Source of the DNA: Blepharisma stoltei ATCC 30299
Lineage: Eukaryota; Protista; Ciliophora
DNA length: 64,000 bases
Direction of reading: 5' to 3'
NCBI GenBank assembly: GCA_965603825.1
Contig: CBFDEM010000060.1
Location: 434,001 to 498,000 of the forward strand
Part shown: positions 1 through 12,250 of the stretch, one piece after another
Numbering within the stretch: the stretch's first letter is position 1
How the letters are laid out: each line of letters opens with the position of its first letter
Translations under genes and position numbers: made by a program
Notes under the pieces: model-generated
Databases searched by the model: none
What the model was told of the DNA's origin: nothing
What the model saw: the letters and a program-made list of their open reading frames with translations, nothing else

Positions 1-2095
1 AGCTCTTAATTGTGTCCACTCTCCAAATATTTTGAATTTGAGCTATGAAAAATTCATTGTTATAAGTATAGTTACTGAAAGGGTATACCTCACTTTCAAA
101 ATTAGGCTTAAAAGTATCTACAAAAACATCTGGAGGAGCCATATAAATTTCTGTTTGAAAAATAGCATTTGGTTCTTCATTTATCGAGAACTGTATTTTG
201 AAATTCATAGTAGAGCTAAAGTCTGCACTTTCCGTCATTTCAGCATGTAGCAATGAGTTAAATGAGATTTTCTTACAAAAAATGTAGATTTTATTAAGGT
301 TGCCATTGATAAATTCTATTGTAAAATCAACTAGAAATTGCAGAAGATCGATTTTTGATTCGTCTGTTATAGAAATTTCTTGGTACTCATTGCAGATGCA
401 CCAATAAGAAGGAATATTAACATCTATGCACGTCTTTTCAGGGCTTATTTTTTCAGCTATCAAAGAGACAGAGTTTGCTTCAGAAATTTCTGTTTTTCAT
501 GACGAATATAAAGTAGAATTTTCTAATAAAACTCCATAAGGCATCAAAGCCAAATGTTTTAAAGTTAAACGGATATCATACTTTGTTATTAATTTTCTTT
601 GGTTATATTGCAAAATTCTATGCGTCTCAGGCCCAATTTTTCATACAAGCTCTTTATTCATAATAAAAAATGCAAAGGGCATCAAATTTTCTTTTGTGCC
701 CTCTTCAAAATAATTCCATTTTCCAACATGAAGCCCATGGTCTGAGGTTATTATAATAGCCAGATCTTCATCCAGCTCATTATATAGTGACAAAGTATCA
801 TTTATAAACCTCAATAAATCTTTATCTACTGTTTTAATTGCTTTTCCTGTGTATTCATGGCCTTCCATAAGATGAATATAGCTAAACTTATTATGGCTTT
901 TGTAATTATTGATGAATGAGGATGTATAATTCAACAAAAAATTGTGGGAATAATGTTCTCCTATACACCGCTCCATAGGATTAAAATCATAGTACCCATT
1001 ATACTCTCGTGCAATGTGCCAAAAATTTGATGCCATATGATCAGATATAATTTTATAGCCTGTATATGGATTGAGATACTCTTCAACTGTTTCAAACCCA
1101 AACATTGTTACGAATCCTAGCTTATTGTAATGTTTTCATATAGCATAGCGCTGGTATTTAGTGAATTCTTCATAATAAGATGCATTTTTGTATGAAAATC
1201 CTGATAGGTCTTCTTTTACTTTTTTCAGAGAAAATCCGTATAGAAGAGGAAGCATATTTGGTATGGTATTTTCTCCCAAAGCGTTGTGGAAGGGGAAATC
1301 GTATACAAGATACTTATTAGATGCTTCATTTATTAAGGAATCATTCATATAAGTAATAAAATTTGGAAAATTTTGATAAAATTGTTGTCTTGATAAAGAA
1401 TCAAAGACTATCAACAGCACAGTAAGTGGCTTTATACTAGAGCTATTCATCATTTTAGTGATCTTTTCAGTAGTATTCATAGAATGGTTTGATATTGTTT
1501 GTGAGTATCTATTAAATAAAACTGCAGAAGGCTTAGCATCTCCACATTTTGCATATGCAAACTCAGTAGTTTCCATGTCCACAGGTGACTCATATTCTGT
1601 AAATTTATATCTGGTGTTTGGTGATCCAATGTACTCTTGCTCTGGTTTAGTGCCTAAAAGGTAGAAGGCAGTTCTATTGTCACTACAAGAAATAGAGAGT
1701 AAATTATTTTCTATAGTGATTATAGGTCTAAAACTTTCATTGCAAGATTGATCTTTCTTAGATTGATCAAACACAAAATTCAATTGTTGGTCATTCATGC
1801 TAAATTTTTGAGGATTGCATGAATTATTGATAAGAAATGGATCTGAGTGTTGAAATAAGCTATATGATTTCATTGAAATATTGTAAGGAAGTGTAGACGT
1901 TTCCTCTATTTGTTCATTCGTTCTTAGATATTTAATAAATGTGTAGTCTTCTGTATAATCAGTAAAAATCGAAGTTTCAATTTTTTCGGTATTTTCAAAT
2001 TCATAAGACATTCAAGCTAGCCCAGCTCAGAAGAATAAAACTCAAGTAATCACTAAAATATATTTCAGCTTGATGTTGACGCGAAAATTCTCCAT
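1..2095 (-). CDS. DUF229/sulfatase-fold membrane-anchored protein (3' end runs off window)
   Basis: ORFs 1136-2011 and 641-1105 join in frame through TGA=W and continue to the window edge. Motifs VLLIVFDSLSRQQF, IITSDHG, NQRKLITKYDI and TC-x6-YWCIC. The ATG at 2095 with a TM segment needs a +1 frame change near 2035-2040; the alternative start is 2011. Confidence 0.75.
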
Positions 2096-2186
2096 ATGCT
2101 ACAAGGATTAATTTTTTAATAATAATTTTTAAATTAAAACGTCATTAAGAAAATTATATGCAACTGCTCTTAATTTATATTATCTA

Positions 2187-2669
2187 TTATTTGAGATAAC
2201 TTTTGATATGATTATCATAGAAACTTTGAAATAAATCAGCTAATGCGTCATATGGATAACCCATAGGTCTTAAAAATGTATTTAGCTGCTCCAAATCATA
2301 ATCTCTATTATAGCACAACTTCACAGCCTTTGAAAGACCCACTTTATCATTATTATTTGCTTTTTTATGCAGCTGCTTTAATTTTTGATCTAATTTGAAT
2401 TTTCCGCGACCTTGTCTTGTAACTCAGTCATAAGTTTTATTTCCTAGTTCCATTGATATAAGCTTTCCATATCTTCTAAATCTATGAATTGATTTCCAAG
2501 TGTCAGGAGGAGGATTTCACGTAGATCTATCTCTATTTCGTTTTTTAGCTTCAGGCACTGATTGATCAGATTCAGATTCAATTTTCTGACAATTTTCACA
2601 GAGGGCTTTAATGTCTTTTGTATACAAAATTGATCTTTTGATTGAGTCTTTGCAACCAATACAAGCCAT
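2187..2669 (-). CDS. Hypothetical 160-aa CxxC..CxxC protein, tandem paralog A
   Basis: Open ATG2669-TAA2187 with two TGA=W. Collinear with the paralog at 2980-3474 (MACIGCKD..., RRYGKLISME, RPMGYPYDALA). Missing from the ORF track. Confidence 0.8.
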
Positions 2670-2979
2670 GTTTATTTTATTATTTTTAGGCCCCTAAATA
2701 ATGAAATAAATTAAAAACTAAAAGAATCATACAATTAAAAAGCATAAATTATGTATAAATTTTTTGTGAAAACAGATATATCTATATAAAGGCTAGAGCA
2801 TTAGTTTAATTTTCATTCAAAAATATATCAAAGTTTTATTTAATGAACAATTTTATGTTTTCTTCTCATTAAACTTAAATATCTCTTGCTTTTTAAAGAA
2901 AAAAGTATCGATTTATTATAATTTAGTTAAATTCGGTATTTAAAAACACAATTTATAAGATATTGGTATAAAATTTTTC

Positions 2980-3474
2980 TTAATTTATAACTTCTCCATT
3001 AAGATAGCTTTTGATGTGATTATCATAATAACTTTGAAATAATTCAGCCAACGCATCATATGGATAGCCCATGGGTCTTAAAAGTGTATTAATCTGCTCC
3101 AAATCATAATCCCTATGATAGCATAACTTCGTAACCTTTGCAAGACCTATTTTATCTTTATCGTTTGAATTTTTAAATAGCTGGGTCAATTTTTGGTCTA
3201 ATTTGAATTTCGATCTCCCTTTTCTTTGTACTCAGTCATAAGTTTTGCTTCCAATTTCCATTGATATAAGTTTTCCATATCTTCTCAATCTCCCAATATA
3301 TTTCCAAGCTTCAGGAACGAAATCTCGTACTGCTCTCTTTTCTTCTGGCTCAATAACTTCAACAGCCACTGATTGATCAGATTCTGCTTTCTGGCATTTT
3401 TTGCACAAAGAGTCACGATTTTTTGTATACAAAATGGATCTTTTGATTAAGTCTTTGCAACCAATGCAGGCCAT
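2980..3474 (-). CDS. Hypothetical 164-aa CxxC..CxxC protein, tandem paralog B (weakly ARID-like C-terminus)
   Basis: ORFs 3232-3516 and 2980-3189 join through a TGA (KTYD-W-VQRK). The paralog has TGA at the same position. Confidence 0.8.
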
Positions 3475-3792
3475 ATTTATTTTAATAATTTTCAGGCCCC
3501 TAAATATTTTAATCAAATTGCCAAATTAATGAAATCCTGGAATTAGAAAATTCATCTAAAGAAAATATGAAGTATTCGTAATTTTGAAAAATTAATTTAA
3601 ATAGGTAGCCTCAAATCAATCTCAATTAAATTTTATTAAACAAATATAAGAACTTTATTTCGTAAAAACCGAACGAAAGCACATAAACAATTCAAGGCAT
3701 CTACATAACTCTAGATATTAACAATTACTCTAAAATTATTCTCATTACAGAATGCTAAATAACCAGTTAATTACGATCTTATAGAACAGATA

Positions 3793-4251
3793 TTAGCAGG
3801 TATCATCCTCAAAAATTCATTCTTGATCCTTTGCTCTTTCCCCTTTTGTTGTTCGGATCATCTCTTTATCGTTTTTTGGTTTCTTTTTTTTCTCAGCACT
3901 TGCAAGCATAGATACAATACTCAGAACTGTGCTTGCTACCGTCATGCTTGGCTTCCATCCTGTATAAAGAATTGATAAGCAAATGAAGCCATTGGAATAC
4001 ACATGTTCATGAATGGGAGGCTTACCTACAAATACAACTTCAGGAGCTTCAATTGGGTAGTTTTGCTCAAACGTAAATTGGAGTACGAACTCTTCTCCCT
4101 CATATAAGCTGTGTTCAGGCCCATTGAAAGAAACTCTCCATATCATGTCTTGGTCATCTTTATTGAGGATTTTCATTTGTTTGGCAAGAGACTCGTCATT
4201 TTCGATATTTTCAGCTTCTCTTTGAAGCCGCCTGAGCGCTCGAGACAGCAT
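3793..4251 (-). CDS. UBE2W: Ubiquitin-conjugating enzyme E2 W
   Basis: HEHVYSNGFICLSIL active site. Reading TGA as W gives the family-typical C-terminus W-IFEDDTC-TAA. Confidence 0.92.
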
Positions 4252-4544
4252 TGGGAATATTTTTTATTAAATGCATATATCAAATTTGCATTTTTGCAAA
4301 ATTCTTTTGAATTAAAATTAAAAAACTATTCATTTCCGGCCAAGTGCGGGTAATTTCAATTCAAATGGCACAAATAAATTTGACAAATTAAGGCTCATTA
4401 ATTTTGATTCCATCTAATAGATAGCAAAGGCAGCTATTAGATGAGAAACATGCTAATTTCTTATATTTTAAATAACTGTTAAGTGTTAAACAAAATATTT
4501 TCAAAGAATTAATTTTTTTTCAATTTATACGTTGTGACTTAAAA

Positions 4545-5081
4545 TTATGCTCTTAGCTTTCCTTTTATTGATTCAAACATATCAGAAACATTTTGACCAC
4601 TTGCAGCTGAAACTTCAAAATAGTCAAATCTTCTTGAATCGGCCCAACTTTCTGCTTCGTTTCTAGGTATTGCTCTTTTATTATTCAAGTCTGCTTTATT
4701 TCCACAAATTGCTAGATAAACGTTGTTTGCTCCATACCTATTTGCTTCTCTGAGTCACATGTCAAGGCTGTCAAAAGTTCTCCTTGATGTTATGTCATAA
4801 ACTAATAAAATTCCATGGCAATCCTTATAAAATTCATTCCTAACCTCGAAAAACTCTGGATGGCCTGATAGATCTCACAAGCACATTACTATTCCTCTCA
4901 TGTCCTTTGCAAAAAAATCGACTCCTATTGTAGCTTCATATTTTGTGTCAAATGTATCCATCACTCATTTTCTAATTATTGATGATTTGCCTACTGCGGG
5001 CTCTCCTAATATTATTAATTTCAAGCGTGTTGGATCTTTAGGCTGGGCAATATTGATATTTCTTGTAGAGCTTTCAACCAT
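4545..5081 (-). CDS. RJL-family (Rab-like, RBJ/DNAJC27 GTPase-domain) small GTPase
   Basis: 178 aa with three TGA=W. Motifs GEPAVGKSS, YEATIGVDF, LWDLSGHPEFFEVRNEFYKD, GNKAD, FEVSA. No CAAX. Absent from the ORF track. Confidence 0.9.
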
Positions 5082-5235
5082 TATCTTCTATATGTATTAA
5101 ACTAAACTTTTATATTGTATTTTATTTAAATTATTCAAAAATTCTTATTGAAATTTTGTGAATTAATATTAAGAAAATTAAATTATCAATTTAAGATTTA
5201 TTCCAGCAATTTTAATATAAACATAGAAGGAACTA

Positions 5236-6630
5236 ATGTGGGTTTTGAATTTTATTCTCGCATCAATTGCATTTGCAAACATATACGTTTTTTCTCCCGA
5301 CAAACTACGAATGGATATGTCAACTCGCCACTCACATGGCCCAATTCCATCATCATTAGCAAACTTCGGGAATCCGCCCTATGGATCAATTATAGTCGGA
5401 AGAGTATTTTTACCTCGAAATGAAAACCAATATAAAGGCTGCAGCCCATTAGACCATATAAGCTGGGACGATGACCCAGATATTGTAAATTCCCCAATAT
5501 TGCTCTTGGAAAGAGGTGGCTGTTCATTTGTAGTAAAAGTGAGAAATGCACAAAACATCGGTGCATCAGCAGTATTAATAATGAATAATGTAGACGGAAG
5601 CATAGATCCAATCACTATGATAGATGACGGTACTGCTGGCAACATTGACATTCCTTCCTTGCTGATTACTAAAGCTGATGGTGACTTAATAAAAGATTAC
5701 ATAAAAAAAGAGAGTTTTCAAACCAGAGTCGCACTTTCTATCAGCTTTGAAATGCCCCATCCAGATAACACTGTGGAATATGATATTTGGATGACAAGCG
5801 GATTTCCTATCATGAGGAAATTTTTATATGAGTTTGCCCCTGTTGCAAAGAAATTCAATAGCACCAATGCAGTTTTTACACCACATTATGTTATTTATTA
5901 CTGTGTAGAGTGCAAGGCTACAGGGTTTAAAACTGATAATCAAGACTGCTATGGAGGCGGGAAGTATTGCTCGCCAGATCCTGATGAAGGTTATGGCCCT
6001 CTTACAGGAAGAGACGTCCTGGATGAAAGTTTGAGGCAGCTTTGTATTAATAAAGCAAATATCAAAAATCAAAAAGTCTGGTGGGATTATATAAGAGGAT
6101 TCTATGAAATGTGTGGAAGTGATAAAAATTTCACGAAAAAATGTTCAGAAAAAGCGATGGAAAGAGTAAAAATCGACAAATACTCCATAGAAGAGTGCGT
6201 GGCTTCAAGCTTTTCTATTTCAAATTGGGTTTATTCTGATAACTCTTTGCTAGATGATGAAAAATATGCTCTAGCAGACTCCGGGATTTTATTTTATCCT
6301 GCTATTGTGATTAACAACCAAGTCTATCGTGGAGATTTTGAAGTAAGTGCAGTTATGACAGCCATCTGTGCAGGCTACCAAGATAAGCCAAAAATCTGTA
6401 TAGATTATTTTAATGGGCTACTACCTGGCGACGACTCAGAAACTAGTGAAGGTGTAGGTGCAGGAACAGTGGTCTTAGTAATGGCTTTATGCTTGCTATT
6501 CTTAATTGCAGTTTTAATTGCATATTGGGTTTGGATGAGGAGAGACATGAAAGCAGACATAAGGAGACAAGCAAACTCAGCGATTAATCAATACATTGCG
6601 CTGACTGAACAAAACATTAGAAATCATTAA
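5236..6630 (+). CDS. Vacuolar sorting receptor (PA domain, type I membrane protein)
   Basis: Signal peptide, ANFGNPPYG, PA motif ERGGCSFVVKVRNAQ, YCSPDPD, C-terminal TM and YIAL sorting motif. Confidence 0.9.
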   Translation: MWVLNFILASIAFANIYVFSPDKLRMDMSTRHSHGPIPSSLANFGNPPYGSIIVGRVFLPRNENQYKGCSPLDHISWDDDPDIVNSPILLLERGGCSFVVKVRNAQNIGASAVLIMNNVDGSIDPITMIDDGTAGNIDIPSLLITKADGDLIKDYIKKESFQTRVALSISFEMPHPDNTVEYDIWMTSGFPIMRKFLYEFAPVAKKFNSTNAVFTPHYVIYYCVECKATGFKTDNQDCYGGGKYCSPDPDEGYGPLTGRDVLDESLRQLCINKANIKNQKVWWDYIRGFYEMCGSDKNFTKKCSEKAMERVKIDKYSIEECVASSFSISNWVYSDNSLLDDEKYALADSGILFYPAIVINNQVYRGDFEVSAVMTAICAGYQDKPKICIDYFNGLLPGDDSETSEGVGAGTVVLVMALCLLFLIAVLIAYWVWMRRDMKADIRRQANSAINQYIALTEQNIRNH

Positions 6631-6648
6631 AAATTATTATAGAATACA

Positions 6649-8350
6649 TTAAGCTTTTTCTCTGCTGGTTCTGCCCCGATGTCCATGGCTCCCATCAGCT
6701 GTGGTGGGTGCTCTTGGACTTAGTCTAAAGGTGTTATTTAAGGTCTTATTTGCTTCAAAATCAATGCTGTCATTCAGGCCTGGAGTTTTCACTCGACCTT
6801 TCGAGCTTGGGATCTTAGGAGTTGTCCTGCTAGGAGGTCTAGGAGTGGCAACTGTAGCAACTATTTCTCTGCCAGTTAGTCGATATTTTAGATGCTTTTG
6901 ACGTGGATTTGCATTTTTTGAGTGAGGAGATACTGAGTGTGGCCCAACTTTTGGGGAAAATTTATGAGCGTTGATTTGATGAGAGATGCCTCGGATATGG
7001 TAGTTTTGAGTCATGCTTATAGTATTTTCAAGCTTTAGTGAGTCAATTTCTCTTGACGCAGAGCCACCAGTACTTCCTGCTCGATATGAAACTGTAGTGT
7101 TGACTAGTCTTCGATGCCGTGGATTAAGGGGGGTGATCAGCTGCTCGTTTTTTAGCTTAAATAAAGGAGGGTGAGGTGCATTTGCTATAGTCTGATTAAA
7201 ACTTTGGCTTAGTTTATTTGGGGGCTGAGGAATGATATGGGTTAAGTCACCTTCTGATAAATAGCTATAATCTGCAATTGAAGTTCCCCCATTTTGTAAA
7301 TGCTTTTTCAGCAGTAAATAATACCTGCATAATGGTTACGCTGTAGTGATATGGTTATGCTTATTTGCCTCTATGCACTTTTGTGCGTATTGAGTATCAA
7401 TTTTATACTCCTCAAGCTTTTTTAAAATATTTGTATCCACATTTATATAGTCATATCCAACAAGAATCCCTGGACTTGTATCTTGCTTTACCTGATTATA
7501 CCATGGATGCTGTCTAATTTGTTCTATTGTGAACCTTTTGTCTGGGTCAGTGTTCAATATGCATTTCAAGAAATCTTTTGCTTCTGTCGAAATGAACTTT
7601 GGACACTGATACTCTCCAGCAATGATTTTTTTATATAATTGCCCTGTATTAGGGTCTTCAAATGGTAAATATCCACATATCATAGCAAATAAAATAACTC
7701 CAGAGCTCCAAATATCCACCCTGGAACCCACATATTTTTTTCCTTGTATCATTTCAGGGGCTGCATAGCATGGACTTCCGCATGCTGTTTTCAGCAGCTC
7801 TCCAGGTTTATAAGTATTACTAAGACCAAAATCTACGATTTTGATATTTTTATTATGATCAAGTAATAAGTTTTCAGGCTTTAAATCTCTATGTACAACA
7901 TTCAGCTTGTGAATGTACTCAATCCCTGCAATTATTTGTTGAAAAAATCTGCAGGCTTCATTTTCTTTGATTCTGGTATTGGCAACGATGTAGTCAAAAA
8001 GCTCGCCACCGTTAGCGTATTCCATAATCAAGTATAGTTTTGAAGGTGTTTCAATGATCTAATTGTTTTATACCTCATAAAGCTGGATTATGTTCGTATG
8101 CCGGATAAGCTTCAAGATGTGAATTTCTCTTGAAACTCTTTCCACATCTGCAACGTCGCAGATTCGATCTTTTTCCAAAACTTTTATTGCAACCTTCTCA
8201 CCTGTCAAGTTGTGACTACCTAGTTTGACTTTTCCGAATGTTCCTTCTCCTATTGCTCGGCCAAGAAGGTAGTTGCCAATATTTTTACTTTTTCCAACAG
8301 CTGCTCGCTCTTTTGGGTTTTGATTTTCAGACCTGTGTAAATTCTTACAT
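6649..8350 (-). CDS. SNF1/AMPK/MARK-family Ser/Thr kinase (3 micro-introns)
   Basis: IGEGTFGKVK, HRDLKPEN, DFG, TACGSPCYAAPE, UBA-like HITTAYYLL. Introns 8333-8348, 8059-8073 and 7325-7339 give one frame that absorbs ORF 6649-7014. Confidence 0.92.
7325..7339 (-). other. 15-nt spliceosomal intron GTAACCATTATGCAG
   Basis: Removal deletes an in-frame TAA and restores HITTA-YYLL. Confidence 0.9.
8059..8073 (-). other. 15-nt spliceosomal intron GTATAAAACAATTAG
   Basis: Removal restores QLYE-IIET in the kinase domain. Confidence 0.92.
8333..8348 (-). other. 16-nt intron GTAAGAATTTACACAG splitting the start codon (AT|G)
   Basis: Removal creates ATG TCT GAA AAT in frame with the kinase. Unspliced, it reads ATG TAA. 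Confidence 0.75.
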
Positions 8351-8682
8351 TTTTAACTTGATTATTAAATAATGAATAGATGATGAATCAAAATGTTTTT
8401 CTTTGATGAAAATTATTCATTATTATTTGATATTTCTTTTCTAAAGCAAATTAAAATTCGGAATCACTTGCTTGGAAGGAAAATATAATGGGCTTTTTGA
8501 TGCGAAATCTTATATTTTCTAGGAATATTCTAACTCACTGCTTTATAATGAAAATTTTAATTAAATTTTAATAAATTTCATGCATGTATCCTTCAGGAAT
8601 ACTGCAAAAGCTTGATATTTCTATTTTTGGTTGCACAGTGATAAAAAATTTATTATGCTTATAATCACAAATTATAATAAAT

Positions 8683-8934
8683 TTACTTTTTTGGAGGTGG
8701 CGGCCCACAAGGCTGGACCATTTTCCAAAGCATATTATGCTTCATTCTTGAAGTACTTTCATTTTCAGCTATCGCCATATAAAGCATCCTTGAATGATGT
8801 CCAATATGTGATGCAAGAGAATCTCTTCTTATTGTGCAGCCCCATTCCCACTTTGTTGTGTCCGCGTTTCCAGCCCCAGCGTATTTTTGCTGAAGATGCT
8901 CTAACTGAACTTGTGCATTCCATCTCTCTGACAT
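8683..8934 (-). CDS. SF3B5: Splicing factor 3B subunit 5
   Basis: QLEHLQQKY-G-G-ADTTKWEW...RRDSLAS...MVQPCGPPP. Confidence 0.95.
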   Translation of the reverse strand: MSERWNAQVQLEHLQQKYAGAGNADTTKWEWGCTIRRDSLASHIGHHSRMLYMAIAENESTSRMKHNMLWKMVQPCGPPPPKK

Positions 8935-9025
8935 TATTAAATTATTATATTTTAACTATAAACCACCATAAACCTATATATTTCACGTCAAAGCTAAATA
9001 ATTTATATGTTTTTTATAAATACCT

Positions 9026-9409
9026 CTATATACTTGTATTGCCCATTGCTTCTAAAAATTTAGACTGTTTTGCCATCTCTCCAAGCAATTCAGATAGGTA
9101 AAACAGTTTTGATTCCATTATGCATTTAGTATAATCATGCATTGAGGGATTACTAAAATATTCCCTGCATCTTCTATGGCAATTTTCTTCAAGTTTCTTA
9201 GGATCTCTATCATTTAAAATTTCATTTAGTCGATTTGTTTTTTCTTGGCACACTGCTTCCCAGTTGCTGCTGCACACCGTCAATTGATTTCGGATTCTGG
9301 CTAATTTCTCATAAACCTCTTCGTATTCTTTATTTCCTCTAAATGGTTCAGAGAGCTTATTAAATTTCTGGTTATATTTTTCTCAGAAATTCTTGTCGGC
9401 CCTATCCAT
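9026..9409 (-). CDS. Hypothetical 127-aa Cys-containing helical protein
   Basis: ATG9409 in frame through one TGA into ORF 9026-9283. Ends in TAG. Confidence 0.65.
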
Positions 9410-9485
9410 TTATTGAAAATTTATAAAACTTTAATTGGCAAAATTTGATTTAGAGTCATTTTAACACATAGAATTATATTTTTAT

Positions 9486-11039
9486 TTAAGAAAACTCAAA
9501 ATGAGCTGTGGGCTCAACGATTTTATGATTTTCATCTTCATTACGGACTCCGAAGAAACGTGTGAGAATTTCTTTTACTGCAGATGAAAGATTTTTATTT
9601 TGATGCATTTCCAACTTCATTAGTTGATCCAGTAATCCTGTACTATCAAATATAGTCACCATCCCATTACAGCTAAGAGAATCCCTATTATATGCTCTTA
9701 AAAGCCCATGACATGCCCTAACCACATATTCTAAAAGCCGCGGATCAATATCATTTCTGATGATATCTTTAAACTTCTCAACAAGGCCCAATCCAACTAG
9801 AATAGACGCTTCTTGATAAGTAAATTGCACACAAAGGTTAAAAAATGTAACAACTGCATCAAGTCTAACAGAACTATCTCGATCATTCAATCCATTTAAT
9901 GCTAGCTCGTGCAGATTATAACTGAAAATGTATCCAATTTGCTCTTTAGTTCCAGCAGCAAGATTACTGAGGGCTCAGTATCCCTCTTTTCTTACTGGTT
10001 GATGATCATCTTGTATAGCGTATTTAATTAGTTGTATTGCGTTTGCATCAATTGCAGCCTGCGCCTGAAGCACATCGCCACCTAAAATATTCCCGATAAT
10101 TTTAATTACTAAATATTTTTCTTTTGTTTGATTTGAGAGATAAAGATTAGCAACGATTTGAGGGAGTCCATAGTTTATAACAGCTTGTAGCATTTCTGCT
10201 GTTCCTGAAGTGATATAAAATAAAATCCAAAGGCAATTAAGGCGGATTTCTACTACTTGACTGCCAATTACTTTTCTTGTGGCTGAAATAATTCTTTCCA
10301 CTTGTTCAATTGAGTATTTTTTGGAAGAAAGAGCCAGCATGCTCAGAGCCCATACCAAATTTTTTACTATAGAGTGGTTTGGATTAGTGATCAGAGTAGC
10401 TTCTAAAAAATTAATAATTACGTCTAAGCACCCTTTCGCAACTAAATCTTCACGACTACCCAAAAAATCTCCAGCGATGTTTCCTATAGTAAGAAAAACA
10501 TTTTCAGAAATTTCAAGGTGCTCGTAAGTGACAAGTGAAAGACAAGCTTCTACTATGCCAAGCTTTAACAGGCTTTCGATAAACCGATGTTCTCCGTTGG
10601 TCAAATTTACAAGAATTCAAGTTGCTTCAGCTTGAACTGGTAAAGGCAGATTAGGGTTGACATAGCTCATATAAACAGGAAAAAGCCCCAGCTGTGAGTG
10701 CCTGCTTATGTCTGGGTTTTTACTCGCAGATAAATTCTTTCTCGCTAGCTGCAATGCTTCAAATTTTAAATTTTCAGGGTATTCCGCAATTAAAGTTGAA
10801 TAAATATCTTCAAGAGGTTTATTTTGATCTGTGATTGCTTTGGCATTAAAATTGGGATTATAGAACTCATCATAAATTGGCTCAGGCTCGTCATTAAGTC
10901 CTAGTCTTTTCTTTCTAGCATGCTCATAGCGCTTTGATTTTCTCAGTTCCACGTTGTGTTCTGCTCTCTTGAGCTGGAGCAGCTCGCTATCTCCTGACTG
11001 CAAATAAGCTTTGTTTCTTTCTTGGAATCTTTCGCTCAT
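9486..11039 (-). CDS. Importin alpha (divergent karyopherin alpha)
   Basis: IBB-like N-terminus (VELRKSKR..KKR) and ARM repeats. TGA falls at the conserved Trp of EAT-W-ILVN and KEGY-W-ALSN, joining three ORFs. Confidence 0.9.
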
Positions 11040-11099
11040 TAGACAATAATGCCGCCAAACAGTTTTAATTATAAATTTATTGATTGCATTTATTATAAA

Positions 11100-12080
11100 C
11101 TAGAAAAATCCCAGTCTCCTTGGGTTTGGAGAATTATGTCGAAAAGCTTTTCGGCTGTCTTTCCATGTGTATTCTATATATTCATCAGAATCATAGTCAT
11201 ACTTAACCGGCTTTTTTTTATGTGCTTTATTTCTCTGGTTTTTTTGGATATCATTTTTCCTTGTTTTGGCTTGGCAAAGCTCTTTTCCTTCATTAAAACA
11301 GCCTGAGCTGACACTGATCGTTTTTTCTTTGAGGCTTTCTAAATTTACGAACTCTCTTTTAGAAATTATTTGTTTGTTTTTAGACTTTTTGACTTTTGCT
11401 TGAAAAGCTTTAGGCTTATCTGGTGCTTCTTCAATTGATATATCGCTTATCATTTGTTCGACTTCTGGATCTCAGTTTTCGAGCTCATCGATTTTTTCTA
11501 CAATTTCCCCTGCAATTTTCTTATAATGCGGGTCATGTTTTTTTCTCTTTTTCACTATTTGATCAAAAACCTCTTCCCCATAACGGTTAAGAAGTTCTTC
11601 GAATCTTTGATCCAGCTCGTCACTTAAATTGCTTTTTCTCCTCACAGCTGACTCATCAGTATGCTGATAAAAAGTTTTTAGGCTGAATCCGTATTTATAT
11701 GTGAATAAATAATTTTCTTCTGGCTTTAAAAGTTGTGAAGCTGAAAAAGCGATATCTGATTGTACATGGAATTTATTGGATTTTCTCCGAGCTGTAGTAA
11801 AAGGTGTGCTGATTGCAGACTCTGACCTGTAGGCACTGTATTCTTCTTCTATCTTTCCTTTCTCTTTTGTCAAAATTTCGTTTTCGAGTTCTAGCTCTTT
11901 AAGCCTTGCTAACTGAGATGATAATTGTTTTTGTTGTTTTCGCACTAGCTCTGGTAGGGTTATATTAGACATGGTATTGAGTTTTCTATCATCTTGAAAA
12001 CTAAACTTTCCGATGTCTTGGGTTCCATAGTCAGTTTCAAACTCAAAAAATTTTCCATCATAAGAAGCTGAAGTCAGCAT
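11100..12080 (-). CDS. Hypothetical coiled-coil/basic protein
   Basis: ORFs 11472-12080 and 11100-11453 join in frame through TGA=W. Confidence 0.7.
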
Positions 12081-12250
12081 GCTTGATCAAAAATTAATAC
12101 TAATTCCTAAGAAAATTAATGATGTGTGGAAGAGCATAAGTAATCTTTTTTTAAGCGAAGTCAATGGGAATAGTAGGATATTTTTTAATCATTTAGATGC
12201 TAAATTTTGAAATTATGTTTAAGTGATATAATAAACGAGTAATTATTAGG

